64,000 bases of DNA, taken from positions 12,462,001-12,526,000 of the forward strand of contig NC_047032.1 in assembly GCF_902652985.1 (NCBI RefSeq), written 5' to 3'. A program made the position numbers and the translations under genes. The DNA comes from Pecten maximus. Its lineage: Eukaryota. The notes under the pieces were generated by a model. That model was not told the origin of the DNA, did not search any database, and was given only the letters and a program-made list of their open reading frames with translations. This document shows, one piece after another, positions 62,529-64,000 of this stretch. Position 1 is the first letter of the stretch. Every line of letters starts with the position of its first letter.

Positions 62529-62858
62529 CCTCGAATTCACGATATTCGGCAGCTTAGCCAGAAATAACCACAACGTCTACCACTGCGCCACATCCACGAT
62601 CTTAAAAAGAACGTTTCGATGGCGCAGTGATGGTCGGCCCGATACCCTGACATGATCATATAGTGGCCAATCGTCTATTAGATGATATGAATACTATCTC
62701 CCTTCTTAAGCTTAGTAAACGCTGACTGCGTTAAAATTAGCGTAAACGCAATGGGAAAAAGGCTCAGCGGATTAATATGCGCTGGAATCGGTAACATAAT
62801 CATGACGTCGTCTCCTTGGGACGTTACCGGAACGTCAACTAGACAGTGCCATTTTCAA

Positions 62859-63710
62859 AGGACTGATCTACGCAATTTTAGGGGTTTCTCCTGCTACTCG
62901 ATGATCTCTGTATAAAAAGCTTACGTCTAGTGAGTATTTTGTCAAAAACTCAATCGAAAATTGCGGAAATGAGTGAATATCTAACTTCTCCACGAGGTAA
63001 GCTAACAACAAATGGCTGAAACGTACAGTTCACATAGAACAATCGACCACGTCACTACTAAATCTGTGTCAATACATGCTGTGTTTGACAACCATAGTTA
63101 ATCCGAAACGGAAACGTGGATTGTGAATATATCAATCAATTGAAAACGTATTTAGTGTATTAAACAAAAATGTTGAGTTGTTTCTTTTACTTTTGTTAAC
63201 AATACTGGTGTCTTTGCGTAGATTAATTGGAACTATATTATTTTAGCAGTCCAGGAACTCTCCTCGTCTTCCAATGTAACCAATACTGAGTGCAAGTGTC
63301 CTGCGTTCTTCGTTTATAATACAATGCATAGGACGTCTCTCGATCGGTGGGGCTATGTTATCGCAGCTAAATAAATGTCATCACTTACCAAAATACATAA
63401 TCGGTTTAGTTGTTTGTTTGTTTGTCGCTAGATTGCAGGAAAGTTAGTTTCTGATTATGCATATAATTTGACAGACGCAAGATTCATATTCATTACAGAA
63501 TTAAAATGCACAAATCTCCCAACATGAGGTCGCTTTTTATATTAACGCAATCATTTCTAACGCATTAGAAAACACTCTCTAATCGTGTCACCAAGCGGTA
63601 TACACGTATTTTCTTTAAACGTAACAAAGACATGAAAACGAAACCACCAATCTCACTAAATATAGATAAAACGATAAAAAAGAACAAAATGTATTTTAAG
63701 ACGTAGGTCC
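62859..63710. mobile_element. Possible Kolobok-like non-autonomous element
   Basis: TCAA-AGGACTGATCTACG ... CGTAGGTCC-TTAA, imperfect TIRs. Confidence 0.4.
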
Positions 63711-63799
63711 TTAAAGTTACAAAGAGAATCAGACTGGTGTTCCTCGAAGACAGCCACCTTGCAAATTTCGGTTACGTCACAACCCTAGCAGTCGCATAC

Positions 63800-63930
63800 C
63801 ATACCACAGCCTCCCAAAACACACATACGCACTCGCCACACGCATGCACGTCGCACGCACGGGAGGCCGTCCTTAAATGACCTTAGCTGTTAATAGGACG
63901 TTAAACAAAATAAACCAAACCAAACCAAAT
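63800..63930 (+). mobile_element. 3' end of a different retroposon (SINE or LINE) sharing the V-SINE tail
   Basis: Unrelated body ...GCACGCACGGGAGGCC joined to GTCCTTAAATGACCTTAGCTGTTAATAGGACGTTAAACAAAATAAACCAAACC. Confidence 0.75.
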
Positions 63931-64000
63931 CCCTTGCAATTATCTTGCGGTTGAAACACGGAGGATGCATTTCTGTACTTTTACCCAGATTTGAAACAGT

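Overview
AT-rich eukaryotic DNA with spliceosomal introns, most likely a bivalve mollusc (the repeat landscape suggests a scallop; this is inference). Four intact multi-exon genes could be rebuilt by hand from GT-AG boundaries: Mpv17 (+, 7 coding exons, 10697-17024, 183 aa); a secreted temptin-like protein (+, 3 exons, 33148-39310, 131 aa); EF1-alpha (-, 6 coding exons, 48539-44271, 461 aa, plus a 5'TOP non-coding exon near 50205-50230); and MRPS14 (+, 3 exons, 50530-59022, 141 aa). EF1A and MRPS14 lie head-to-head across about 300 bp. A possible first coding exon of a fifth gene (-) is at 734-769. The rest is repeat-dense: seven unrelated 28-34 bp minisatellites, six V-domain tRNA-SINE copies plus other SINE types with a shared 3' tail, Helentron-type non-autonomous elements (HINEs) with ~145-150 bp internal arrays, a deleted mariner, a CR1 fragment, Kolobok-like elements and many foldback MITEs. 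Most ORFs in the supplied track are artefacts of these repeats. The most notable observations are a SINE whose target-site duplication copies the temptin 5' splice site, a minisatellite made of STAT/GAS-consensus motifs, a Pol III tRNA-like cassette inside a foldback DNA element, and the EF1A-MRPS14 bidirectional promoter. I found no clear evidence of a wholly new multi-gene system. All coordinates were counted by eye.
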